Position numbers and translations under genes: made by a program
Shown: piece after piece, positions 18,067-27,057 of the stretch
Numbering within the stretch: position 1 is the stretch's first letter
How the letters are laid out: each line of letters starts with the position of its first letter
The notes under the pieces: generated by a model
Told to the model about the DNA's origin: nothing
Seen by the model: only the letters and a program-made list of their open reading frames with translations
The model's database searches: none
DNA from: Trueperaceae bacterium
GTDB lineage: Bacteria; Deinococcota; Deinococci; Deinococcales; Trueperaceae
Reading direction: 5' to 3'
NCBI GenBank assembly: GCA_040905465.1
Contig: JBBDRK010000048.1
Span: 1-28,114 of the forward strand
DNA length: 28,114 bases

Positions 18067-18716
18067 GGCTCTGCCCGCTGGAACAAGGCGGTTCCGACGC
18101 GAACTATCGTCGCGCCCTCCTCGATCGCCACCTCAAAGTCGTTGCTCATTCCCATTGAAAGATCCACCAAGCCAAGCTTATCACGCAGTGCGCGGAGCCC
18201 GGCGAATACGGGCCTCACGCGCTCCCGGTCGTCATGCCAGGGCGCCATCGTCATGAGGCCTGCCACCTCGACGTTCGGCTGAACGCGGGCGTACTCGACC
18301 AACGAGTCCGCGTCGCTGAGGACGGCGCCGCGCTTGCTCTCCTCGCCCGTCAGGTTGACCTCGACAAGCACCCGAAACCGGTGGTCGAACCGTTCGCCGT
18401 GCCGCTGGAGCTCGTCGGCGAGCCGCCGGGAATTGAGCGAATGGATCGTATGGAAGGATCGGCAGTACTTCACCTTGTTGCGCTGGAGGTTTCCGACCAG
18501 GTGCCATTCGATGCCGTGATCGCTCAACTGGTCGGCCTTGTCGCGCCATTCCTGAACGCGGCTCTCACCGAGAACCAGGCAGCCCGCCAGCACGACGCGG
18601 CGCTCGATCTCGAGGGCGTCGTGACCCTTGGTCACCGCCACCAGCTTTACCTCCGCAGGATCTCGGCCAGCCCGCATGCAGGCGTCCCTGATCCGCCGCC
18701 TCACGTCGGCGAGCAC
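18063..18716 (-). CDS. yggS: YggS family pyridoxal phosphate homeostasis protein
   Basis: LVAVTK (PLP Lys), GESRVQE, WHLVGNLQRNK, GLMTMAP, LSMGMSNDFEVAIEEGATIVRVG. Confidence 0.95.
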   Translation of the reverse strand: MLADVRRRIRDACMRAGRDPAEVKLVAVTKGHDALEIERRVVLAGCLVLGESRVQEWRDKADQLSDHGIEWHLVGNLQRNKVKYCRSFHTIHSLNSRRLADELQRHGERFDHRFRVLVEVNLTGEESKRGAVLSDADSLVEYARVQPNVEVAGLMTMAPWHDDRERVRPVFAGLRALRDKLGLVDLSMGMSNDFEVAIEEGATIVRVGTALFQRAEP

Positions 18717-18722
18717 CTGGCC

Positions 18723-19562
18723 TCAGAGCTCCGGCAGGAGCGCTCGGACCAGCGTCCGGAACACGGTTCCCGAGCGCTCGGCGACGGCGACTACCTCGTC
18801 GCCGCTCACGTGTTCCCGGCTGTCGGGCAGCGCCATGTCGGTGATGCAGGAGATACCCAGCACCCGCATGCTCTCGTGCCTGGCCACGGTGACCTCGTGC
18901 ACGGTAGACATACCGATGGCGTCCGCTCCCCAGCCTCTGTAGGCGCGCAGCTCTGCGCGGGTGGCATAGGCAGGACCGGAGATCGCCAGGTAAACCCCTT
19001 CCCGCAGCGTGATCCCCAGGTTGCGGGCCGTCTTCACCGCCAGCTCACGGTATTCGCCGTCGTAGCAATCGAACATTACCGGGAAGCGCGGTCCACGCGA
19101 GTCGTGGTTCGGCCCGGCAAGCGCGCTGGCGCCTGTGGCATTGATGAAGTCGTGCTGGAGCATCAGTTCTCCGGTCGCCCAAATCTCGTTCATACCGCCG
19201 CATGCGTTGGAGACGATCAGGCTGGCGCCGCCGAGGGCGTGCATGAGCCGTACCGGAAAGCCGATCGCTGCTGCGCTTACGCCGTCGTACAGGTGCACCC
19301 GGCCCTTCATCGCGACCACGCGCCTGCCGGCGAGTGTTCCAAGATAGAGCTCGCCGGCGTGGCCGGGCGCGGTAGAGCGGGTCATGCCCGGAATGCGCGA
19401 ATAGGGGATAACGGCGTCGGCCTCGATCTCGTCGGCGAGAGGCCCGAGGCCGGAACCCAGAATCAGGGCGATTTCCGGTTCCAGGGCGGTTACTTCCCTG
19501 ACCGTCGCCAGGGCGGCGTCCAACGCTGCTGCCCCCGTATCGGGGATCTCTGGTGAATGCAT
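18723..19562 (-). CDS. Purine nucleoside phosphorylase (trimeric, PunA/XapA-like)
   Basis: LILGSGLG, PGHAGEL, GRVHLYDG, SNACGG, GPAYAT.AE, GMSTVHE. Start revised to ATG 19562 (MHSPEIP), 6 nt after TATCAT. Confidence 0.92.
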   Translation of the reverse strand: MHSPEIPDTGAAALDAALATVREVTALEPEIALILGSGLGPLADEIEADAVIPYSRIPGMTRSTAPGHAGELYLGTLAGRRVVAMKGRVHLYDGVSAAAIGFPVRLMHALGGASLIVSNACGGMNEIWATGELMLQHDFINATGASALAGPNHDSRGPRFPVMFDCYDGEYRELAVKTARNLGITLREGVYLAISGPAYATRAELRAYRGWGADAIGMSTVHEVTVARHESMRVLGISCITDMALPDSREHVSGDEVVAVAERSGTVFRTLVRALLPEL

Positions 19563-19651
19563 GAGAGCATGATAACCGGCGCCGGAGACGGCCTCCCGGC
19601 CAGGCGCGGGTCGCTGGACGTTTCTCACTATTGCTCGGGTAGACTACTCTC

Positions 19652-22309
19652 ATGTTGCATCGTCGCGCAGTTTTCGTCGTCCTTGTCGTGCTTTCCGCCT
19701 GGGCCAGTGCCCAGAACGATACGGCCCAAAACAATTCGCAAGGAGAAGTCCTGGCAGAGGTGCGCGTCGAAGGCACCACTGCGTACGCCGACATCGTCCG
19801 GGTGGTGCTCGGAGCGCGGGCGGGCACCGCGGTGGGCCGCATAGATCTCGAAGCGGAACGAAACCGCGTCTACGCCCTGGGTACCTTCAGTGCGGTCAGC
19901 GTATCGGTCGTCGACGGCTCGGCCGGCCCGGTTCTGCTGGTGAGGGTCGAGGAGAATCCGCTGATAGGCGAGGTTGCCTTCGACGGAGCCACGGTCGTGT
20001 CCGCCGATACCCTGCGCCAGGCGCTGGAGCAACAGCACCTGCTGGCGGTCGGCCGGGTCTACAACACCACCAGGGCCGAGGAGGCCCTCGCCACCGTCCA
20101 GCAACTTTACCGGCGGCGCGGCTTCCCCTTCGACGTGCCGGTGTCGCTCGATGTGCAGGAGGTCGAGGCGGAGGGCGGAGATGGTGAGGCGATCCGCTTG
20201 ACGTATTCGCTGTCGGAAGAAGCACCGGTTAGTGAAGTGCGAGTAGAGGAGTCGGCGGTTCTCGCGGCCGAACCGTTGCAGGGACTGTTCCGGCCGCTCA
20301 CCTCCACCGGTGAGTTCGACTACGATCTCTACCGTCAGGCGGTGGGGCGCGTTGAGGAGCGTTACCGAGAGCGTGGCTACCGCTTCAGCGGCGTCGACCT
20401 GGCACGCAGCGAACTGCAGCAGGGCGTGCTCGACATTGCCCTGCGGGAGGCGCGAATCGCTTCCATAGACAGTTCCGCCATCGGCGTCGACGCGTCCGAG
20501 CTGAGCGTGGAGGCGGGGGACCTGTTCAACTACAACCTTCTGCTCGACGATGTGCGCCGCCTGGCCCAGGGACGAAGCGGCGACGTGCAGATGGTGACCC
20601 GCCTCGATCAGGCCGGCGACGTGCGGGTTTCGTTCGAGCAGGGGCCGCCGGAAACCGCAGGACCCGTCGACGACATCGAATTCGAAGGCAATACCGTCAT
20701 ACCCGACGAGGAGTTGCGCGAGCTGCTAGCCCTCGAGGTGGGCGACACGTTCACCTCGACCTTGGCACAGGAGGACTTCGAGCGAATCGTGCGGCACTAC
20801 CAGGATGACGGCTGGGTAGTCCTCAACCAACCGGACTTCGGCTATTCCGAAGGTACCTACGTCCAGCGGATCGAGGAAGTCAGGGTGGCCGGCTATCAGG
20901 TCACCTTCGAGGGCGGCGATCAGAAGACCATGGACTTCGTGGTCACCCGTTACATGCCCGAGATCGGCACGGTGCTCAATCAGAACGAGATACGCGCCTC
21001 CCTGCGACAGCTGGCCCGCCTGGGAGCCGTCGAGCCGGTCAACGTGAGCCTGGAACCGACCGATGACCCGCAGCAGGTGCTGCTGAACGTGATCGTCCGC
21101 GAGACCAGGACAGGGCTGTTCACGCCCAGCGCGCAGTACGCCACCGATTCCGGACTGTCGGCGTCTCTGTCATTCAGTGAGTCGAACTTCCTCGGCCGCG
21201 CCCACAACATTAGCGCCGAGCTGAACGCGCAGACGTCCGATCTGGGGTTCATGCTGGGCGGATCGGTGCGCTACAGCATCCCGTGGCTGTACCTGGACGT
21301 TCTCGACTTTCAGGAAGTACCGACATCGGTATCGGGTTCGTTGTTCAGCCTGGTCGACACCAACAAGCTCCTTACCGCCGACGGCTCCACGAGAGTGCCC
21401 TATCCGGGGCTCCCTGACACCGAGGAGAACCGGGTGCTGGTGGGGGAGTACAGTCAACGCGATACCGGAGCGAGCTTCTCGGTGGGGCGGCCGATCGCCA
21501 CCGACACCACCTTGCGCTTCAGCGCTCGGGCGTCGGTGACCGAATACAAGCTCGAGCCGCCCGAGGTCGATTGCACTTTCGACGACGCCGGTGACCTGGA
21601 GAACGCCAACCGCTGCGCGCTCCCGGGTGCGCAGGCGGTGACGCATCTCCCTCAGGGGGGACTAAGCAGCTTCATGAGCACCACTGTCACCTATGACGAC
21701 CGTGACAGCCCCGAGTTTCCGCGGAGCGGAATCGCGGCAACCGGTCTCGCCGGCATAGGGATCGGCACCGATTACCGTGACCCTGGAACCGGCGAGCAGC
21801 GTTCGTACGTCTATGAGCAGGTCGAGTTCGGCGTGAAGACCTATGTCCTGCTGGCCGACCTCGCACCCGAAGAGATCAGCGACCGCAACCATGTGCTGGC
21901 ATTCCGAGCGAATCTCGGCCATCAGTTCGGCGGCGACTATCCCTCATCGAAGCGATTCCAGGTAGGCAAGAGCACCAACGAGGCCACCGCCATTCGCGGC
22001 TATCAGGTGGACGACTTCGACCTGTCGCGCACCTACCTCACCGCTTCCGCCGAGTACCGCTACGACTTCGGGCTCGATACGGTAGCCACCCAGACGGTCA
22101 TCGGCATCGTCTTCGTCGACCTCGGTTACGCCTCGAGCGTTCCGGGTTATGCCGATTACACCGCTCCGCTCTTCGCCGGGGCGGGCGTAGGCGTTCAGGT
22201 CAACCTCGGTTTCGGGGGCGTACTGCTACCGGCCCTGCGTTTCGACTACGGGTTCAGCGAACGCAACCCCACCGGAGAGTTCCGCTTCCGGGTGGGGCCG
22301 GTGTTCTAG
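19652..22309 (+). CDS. Omp85/BamA family outer membrane protein assembly factor with multiple POTRA domains
   Basis: Signal peptide; repeated POTRA-like units (EVRVEG..., VRVEENPLIGEVAFDG, DIEFEGNTVIPDEEL); barrel with ESNFLGRAH, YDDRDSPEFPRSG, IRGY motif and C-terminal Phe. ATG 6 nt after TAGACT. Confidence 0.9.
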   Translation: MLHRRAVFVVLVVLSAWASAQNDTAQNNSQGEVLAEVRVEGTTAYADIVRVVLGARAGTAVGRIDLEAERNRVYALGTFSAVSVSVVDGSAGPVLLVRVEENPLIGEVAFDGATVVSADTLRQALEQQHLLAVGRVYNTTRAEEALATVQQLYRRRGFPFDVPVSLDVQEVEAEGGDGEAIRLTYSLSEEAPVSEVRVEESAVLAAEPLQGLFRPLTSTGEFDYDLYRQAVGRVEERYRERGYRFSGVDLARSELQQGVLDIALREARIASIDSSAIGVDASELSVEAGDLFNYNLLLDDVRRLAQGRSGDVQMVTRLDQAGDVRVSFEQGPPETAGPVDDIEFEGNTVIPDEELRELLALEVGDTFTSTLAQEDFERIVRHYQDDGWVVLNQPDFGYSEGTYVQRIEEVRVAGYQVTFEGGDQKTMDFVVTRYMPEIGTVLNQNEIRASLRQLARLGAVEPVNVSLEPTDDPQQVLLNVIVRETRTGLFTPSAQYATDSGLSASLSFSESNFLGRAHNISAELNAQTSDLGFMLGGSVRYSIPWLYLDVLDFQEVPTSVSGSLFSLVDTNKLLTADGSTRVPYPGLPDTEENRVLVGEYSQRDTGASFSVGRPIATDTTLRFSARASVTEYKLEPPEVDCTFDDAGDLENANRCALPGAQAVTHLPQGGLSSFMSTTVTYDDRDSPEFPRSGIAATGLAGIGIGTDYRDPGTGEQRSYVYEQVEFGVKTYVLLADLAPEEISDRNHVLAFRANLGHQFGGDYPSSKRFQVGKSTNEATAIRGYQVDDFDLSRTYLTASAEYRYDFGLDTVATQTVIGIVFVDLGYASSVPGYADYTAPLFAGAGVGVQVNLGFGGVLLPALRFDYGFSERNPTGEFRFRVGPVF

Positions 22310-22355
22310 GGACAGATGTTCCAGGGACAGGTGTTCAGGGACAGGTGTTCAGGGA
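22300..22355 (+). repeat. Tandem repeat of a 14-15 bp unit, about 4 copies, starting inside the bamA 3' end
   Basis: GGTGTTCTAGGGACA / GATGTTCCAGGGACA / GGTGTTCAGGGACA / GGTGTTCAGGGA. Confidence 0.9.
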
Positions 22356-22361
22356 GCCGAG

Positions 22362-22970
<609 letters not shown>

Positions 22971-23026
22971 TCCGGCCCCCTTCCGCAGCCGTAAGGCGGC
23001 GTGCGGCAGCGAATGTCGCTCTATCG

Positions 23027-23032
23027 ACTATA
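23027..23032 (-). promoter_or_regulatory. Probable -10 element (TATAGT) of ddrI
   Basis: TATAGT on the minus strand, 56 nt upstream of the ATG. SD GGAAGGGGG present. Confidence 0.55.
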
Positions 23033-23163
23033 GCCAGCGTCGGAGACGCGGAAAAAGTGACAAGTTACGAACTCGACGGCCAGCATGCCTGGGCACGGCC
23101 AGGCGCAGGCGAAGATTCAGTCGTCGGTTGCCGGTACCGCTCGCGTGCGCGGGTCCCGTTGGC

Positions 23164-24249
23164 TCAGACGTTGAACAGGAAGTTCACCACGTCACCGTCC
23201 CGCATGACGTAATCCTTGCCCTCGGTGCGCAGCCAGCCGTGGGCGCGCGCCCCGACCAGCGATCCTGCCTCTACCAGCTTGTCCCAGGCGATCACCTCGG
23301 CGCGAATGAAGCCGCGTTCGATGTCTGAGTGGATCTCTCCGGCCGCCGCCGGCGCCTTCGTGCCCCGATGGATCGTCCAGGCGCGAACCTCCTTCTCGCC
23401 GGCGGTGAGGAAGGTCAGCAGTCCCAGGGCCTCGTATCCCTTGTGGATAAGGCGCTCGAGACCGGGCGCCTCCAACCCCAGGTCGGTCAGGAACTCCTGC
23501 ACCTCCTCGGCACCCAGGTCACCGAGTTCCTCCTCGATTCGCGCCGAGATGACTACCACCTCGGCACCCTCGTCGCTGGCCTTGGCACGCACCGCTTCCA
23601 CGTACTCGTTGCCGGCGACGATGTCCTCTTCCGAAACGTTGCATACATAGATGACCGGCTTGGCGGTGAGCAGGTTGAAGTCGTCGGGCAGCTCGGGTCC
23701 GGCCGTCCTGGCCATCTTGCCCTCGCTCAGGTGTTCGATCATCCCCTCGGCCGCCTGAACCAGGAGCGCGTCTTCCCGATTCGACCTGGCGCTGCGCCGC
23801 AGCTTCTCCAGACGTTTCTCCAGTGCCCCGATGTCGGCCAGCGCCAACTCGGTTTCGATGGTTGCCATGTCGCTCAGGGGATGCACCTCGCCCGCCACGT
23901 GCACCACGTTGGGATCGTCGAAGCAGCGGACCACGTGGGCGATGGCCGCGACCTCGCGAATGTTCGCCAGGAACCTGTTACCCAGGCCCTCCCCCTGCGA
24001 CGCTCCGCGCACCAGACCGGCGATATCGACGAACTCGACAGTGGTGGGCACGATGGGCGGTTCCCGGCCGTCTTTGCGGTAGAGCGCCTGTAGCGGAGCG
24101 AGGCGCTCGTCGGGCACCGCGACCACGCCCACGTTCTTGTCGATGGTGGCGAACGGGTAGTTGGCCGCCTCGACTCCGGCGCGTGTGATTGCGTTGAACA
24201 GCGTGCTCTTCCCGACGTTCGGGAGGCCGACGATTCCGATTCCGAGCAT
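23164..24249 (-). CDS. ychF: Redox-regulated/ribosome-binding ATPase YchF (Obg family)
   Basis: [44 protein letters not shown] domain [13 protein letters not shown]...DGDVV.F.FNV. Start revised to ATG 24249 after GGAGTGG. Confidence 0.96.
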   Translation of the reverse strand: MLGIGIVGLPNVGKSTLFNAITRAGVEAANYPFATIDKNVGVVAVPDERLAPLQALYRKDGREPPIVPTTVEFVDIAGLVRGASQGEGLGNRFLANIREVAAIAHVVRCFDDPNVVHVAGEVHPLSDMATIETELALADIGALEKRLEKLRRSARSNREDALLVQAAEGMIEHLSEGKMARTAGPELPDDFNLLTAKPVIYVCNVSEEDIVAGNEYVEAVRAKASDEGAEVVVISARIEEELGDLGAEEVQEFLTDLGLEAPGLERLIHKGYEALGLLTFLTAGEKEVRAWTIHRGTKAPAAAGEIHSDIERGFIRAEVIAWDKLVEAGSLVGARAHGWLRTEGKDYVMRDGDVVNFLFNV

Positions 24250-24333
24250 AACCACTCCAGCGGGCGGTCGAAAGTCCGAGCTGACGCCACTCGCACTGAG
24301 AGTCGACAGCGAGGCTCGATGGCCCAAAGAGGG

Positions 24334-24359
24334 AGTATAGCAGGGGCCCGTGATATTCT
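24334..24359. promoter_or_regulatory. Back-to-back extended -10 elements for ychF (TGcTATACT, minus) and hom (TGaTATTCT, plus)
   Basis: AGTATAGCA at 24334-24342 and TGATATTCT at 24351-24359. The latter is 7 nt before the hom ATG. Confidence 0.6.
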
Positions 24360-24366
24360 CCGGTCC

Positions 24367-25509
24367 ATGGCAGCACCCCCCGGACGCTCGCGTGTGGCGA
24401 TACTGGGCGCCGGAAACGTAGGCCGGGCGCTCATTGCTAGGATCGACGAGCTTAGAGCGAATGGACAAGACGACGCTTCAGTAAGGCTCGCGTCACCGCG
24501 TAGCGTGCCGATGGGGAGCGAGTCGGTGTCGAATGAGTCGGTGTCGAGCGGTTCGGTGGCTGACGGGTACCTTGCGGGCGCCTCGGTGGCGGGCGTTCTG
24601 GTGAAGAACCTCGTCTCGCCCAGATCGCCGTCGGTGGCCCGTCAGCTGCTCACCGCCGACGGGCCGGGACTGATCGACCAGGCGGACGTGGTGGTGGAGC
24701 TGCTGGGGGGAGTGGAGCCGGCCGCTACCCTCATGCTCCAGGCGCTGCGAGCTGGCAAGCGTGTGGTCAGCGCCAACAAGGCGGCATTGGCCGAGCGCTG
24801 GGATGAGTTCGTGCCCTACCTCAGAGAGGGAACTCTCTACTTCGAGGCGGCGGTGATGGCGGGCACGCCCATCATCGGTTCATTGGCTGGGGCGTTGCGC
24901 GGTTGCCGGCCGCTCGAACTGCACGCGGTTCTCAACGGCACCACCACCTTCATCCTCAGCCGGCTCGAAGCGGGCGAGGAGTTCGGCCCGGCGCTGGCCG
25001 AGGCGCAGCGCCTCGGCTACGCCGAAGCCGATCCCGCCCTCGACATAGGCGGCTTCGACGCGGCCCACAAGCTGGCACTGATCGGGCGCCTCGCCTTCGA
25101 TCCGCAACTCTCCTGGAAGGAGCTGGCCGCCCACACGCACGGGATATCCCATCTCACACCGGCGATCGTGCGGGAGGCCATGGAAGATGGCGGGTCGGTG
25201 CGGCTGGTAGGCAGCATCTACCCGGGAGAAGCAGCCTGGCGGGCCAGGGTACGCACCGTCTACCTCCCGGCCGGGCACCCGCTGACCGCCACTGCCGAGT
25301 CGGGTAATGCCCTGCTGTTGCGGGCGCGCGACCTCGGCGAGGTTCTCGTTCAGGGTCCCGGGGCGGGCGGCGAGGCTACCGCCGCCGCCGTGCTCGCGGA
25401 CCTGCTGCAGGCCCTGGCTGGCCGCCCCGGACCGGCGCCCTTGCCGTTGGCTGCGCCGTTGCCGAAGGAGTACCGGGTCGAGGATCTTGGGGAGCTCATC
25501 AAGGCGTGA
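24367..25509 (+). CDS. hom: Homoserine dehydrogenase (no C-terminal ACT domain apparent)
   Basis: VAILGAGNVG, VVVELLGG, VVSANKA, FEAAVMAGTPII, LNGTT, AQRLGYAEADP, DAAHK, GPGAGGEATA. Start revised to ATG 24367. Confidence 0.93.
   Translation: MAAPPGRSRVAILGAGNVGRALIARIDELRANGQDDASVRLASPRSVPMGSESVSNESVSSGSVADGYLAGASVAGVLVKNLVSPRSPSVARQLLTADGPGLIDQADVVVELLGGVEPAATLMLQALRAGKRVVSANKAALAERWDEFVPYLREGTLYFEAAVMAGTPIIGSLAGALRGCRPLELHAVLNGTTTFILSRLEAGEEFGPALAEAQRLGYAEADPALDIGGFDAAHKLALIGRLAFDPQLSWKELAAHTHGISHLTPAIVREAMEDGGSVRLVGSIYPGEAAWRARVRTVYLPAGHPLTATAESGNALLLRARDLGEVLVQGPGAGGEATAAAVLADLLQALAGRPGPAPLPLAAPLPKEYRVEDLGELIKA
24520..24594 (+). repeat. Degenerate 15-bp coding tandem repeat inside hom
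   Basis: gagtcggtgtcgaat / gagtcggtgtcgagc / ggttcggtggctgac / gggtaccttgcgggc / gcctcggtggcgggc (ESVSN ESVSS GSVAD GYLAG ASVAG). Confidence 0.7.
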
Positions 25510-26825
25510 ATGGCGTCAGTTACCGGAGCAGCCGCGATCCGGGGGGCGGCACAGGGAGTGCTGGCGTCTCCTTTCGTGAGGCCCTCCTGGCCGGCCTCGC
25601 CGGCGACGGTGGGCTCTACCTGCCCGATCGGGTACCGTCATTGCCGGCGGCCTGGCGCGAATCAGGCTCCTTCACGGCGATGGCCGCCGCGGTCCTGGAA
25701 CCGTGGCTGCAGGAGCCGGCCGGAAGCGAGCTGCGAGAGTTGGTGGCCGAGGCGATCGACTTTCCTGTGCCACTCGTCCCGCTTTCCCGGGAGCGTTACG
25801 TGGTCGAGCTGTTCCACGGGCCAACCCTGTCGTTCAAGGACTTCGGTGCCCGGACCATGGCGCGGCTCATGGACCGTTACCTGGCCGGCAGCGGCAGGAC
25901 ACTGACAATCCTGGTCGCCACCTCCGGCGACACCGGCTCAGCTGTCGCCGATGGATTCGCCGGCCTGGAGAACCTGCGCGTCGTGCTTCTGTACCCGATG
26001 GACAAGGTCAGCGATGTGCAGGAGCGGCAGCTCACCGCCGCCCGGCCGGGACTGCTCAGCTTGCGGGTGCGTGGCAGCTTCGACGACTGCCAGCGAATGG
26101 TCAAGGCAGCCTTCGTGGATCCGCTGCTCGCCGGCGTGCCGCTCTCCAGCGCCAACTCGATAAACATCGGCCGGCTCCTGCCCCAGCAGCTCTACTACCT
26201 TTGGGCCGTCGCCGAACTGGAGCGGCTGCGTCCGACCGGAGACGCCCCGGTAATCAGCGTTCCCAGCGGAAACCTCGGCAACCTGACGGCGGGCCTGCTG
26301 GCCGCGGCCGGCGGGCTTCCGGTCGCCAGGTTTCTGGCCGCGCACAACGCCAACGACTACTTTCCGCGCTTCCTAGGCGGGACCGTGGCGCCATTCGCCT
26401 TCAGAGAGACAGCCGCCACCCTCTCCAACGCCATGGACGTCGGCGCGCCCAGCAACTTCGAGCGCCTGCACGCGCTGTTCGGCGCGGAGCTGAGCGACCT
26501 CGTGTGGGGCGCCGGCGTCGACGACCAGACGACGATGCGCCGCATGGAGGCCACCTTCATCGACGACGGCTACATAGCCTGCCCGCATACCGCGGTCGGC
26601 CTGGAGGCCGTCGACCGCTACCGTGCCGCCAGCGGCGACGACGCTCCCGCGCTGATTCTGGCTACCGCCCATCCGGCGAAGTTTCCGGTGGTGGTGCAGT
26701 CGGCGCTGGGCCGGCCCGCACCGGTCAGCCCGCGACTCGAGGCGCTGCGGGGCCGGCCCTCACATGTCGACGAGATCGAGGCCGATCCCGGGGTGCTCCG
26801 CGAGCTCCTGCTGACGGCCGCCTGA
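25506..26825 (+). CDS. thrC: Threonine synthase
   Basis: GLAGDGGLYLP, ELFHGPTLSFKDFGAR (PLP Lys), ATSGDTGSA, SANSINIGRL, PSGNLGN, CPHTA, ATAHPAKF. GTGA overlap with hom. Confidence 0.96.
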   Translation: MNGVSYRSSRDPGGGTGSAGVSFREALLAGLAGDGGLYLPDRVPSLPAAWRESGSFTAMAAAVLEPWLQEPAGSELRELVAEAIDFPVPLVPLSRERYVVELFHGPTLSFKDFGARTMARLMDRYLAGSGRTLTILVATSGDTGSAVADGFAGLENLRVVLLYPMDKVSDVQERQLTAARPGLLSLRVRGSFDDCQRMVKAAFVDPLLAGVPLSSANSINIGRLLPQQLYYLWAVAELERLRPTGDAPVISVPSGNLGNLTAGLLAAAGGLPVARFLAAHNANDYFPRFLGGTVAPFAFRETAATLSNAMDVGAPSNFERLHALFGAELSDLVWGAGVDDQTTMRRMEATFIDDGYIACPHTAVGLEAVDRYRAASGDDAPALILATAHPAKFPVVVQSALGRPAPVSPRLEALRGRPSHVDEIEADPGVLRELLLTAA

Positions 26826-26926
26826 ACGAGTCCTGGACGCACTGCCCGACGCTCGCGGGGGCTCTCTAGCAGTTGACACGCCAGCAGCTTGCAAGCTGGG
26901 CCAACAAATCACGCCTGCGCGCTCGC

Positions 26927-26932
26927 TATAGT
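26927..26932 (+). promoter_or_regulatory. Probable -10 element (TATAGT) for the sigma factor gene
   Basis: Clearest TANNNT in the thrC-sigma intergenic region, 125 nt upstream of ATG 27058. Confidence 0.45.
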
Positions 26933-27057
26933 GCCTATGGGCCGCGGGACACCTGTTCGGTTTGCACGGCCCCGAAGGCCGGGCAACCGCCCGGCATTTC
27001 GCCGCCACTCCCTTGGCAGCAAGCCGCCGCGCCGCAGAGCCGGAGGCGGGAGGACGC

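Noticed and set aside
22300..22355. Repeat array as a mini-CRISPR
   Set aside because: Units are 14-15 bp and contiguous, with no spacers and no cas genes.
22981..22994. TTCCG-cagc-CGTAA as a DdrO/RDRM radiation-response motif upstream of ddrI
   Set aside because: RDRM is 17 bp with about 7 nt between the arms; this has 4. It is better explained as part of the SD hairpin.
24250..24468. 73-aa N-terminal extension of YchF
   Set aside because: Overlaps hom and the divergent promoters. YchF homology begins at ATG 24249, which has an SD.
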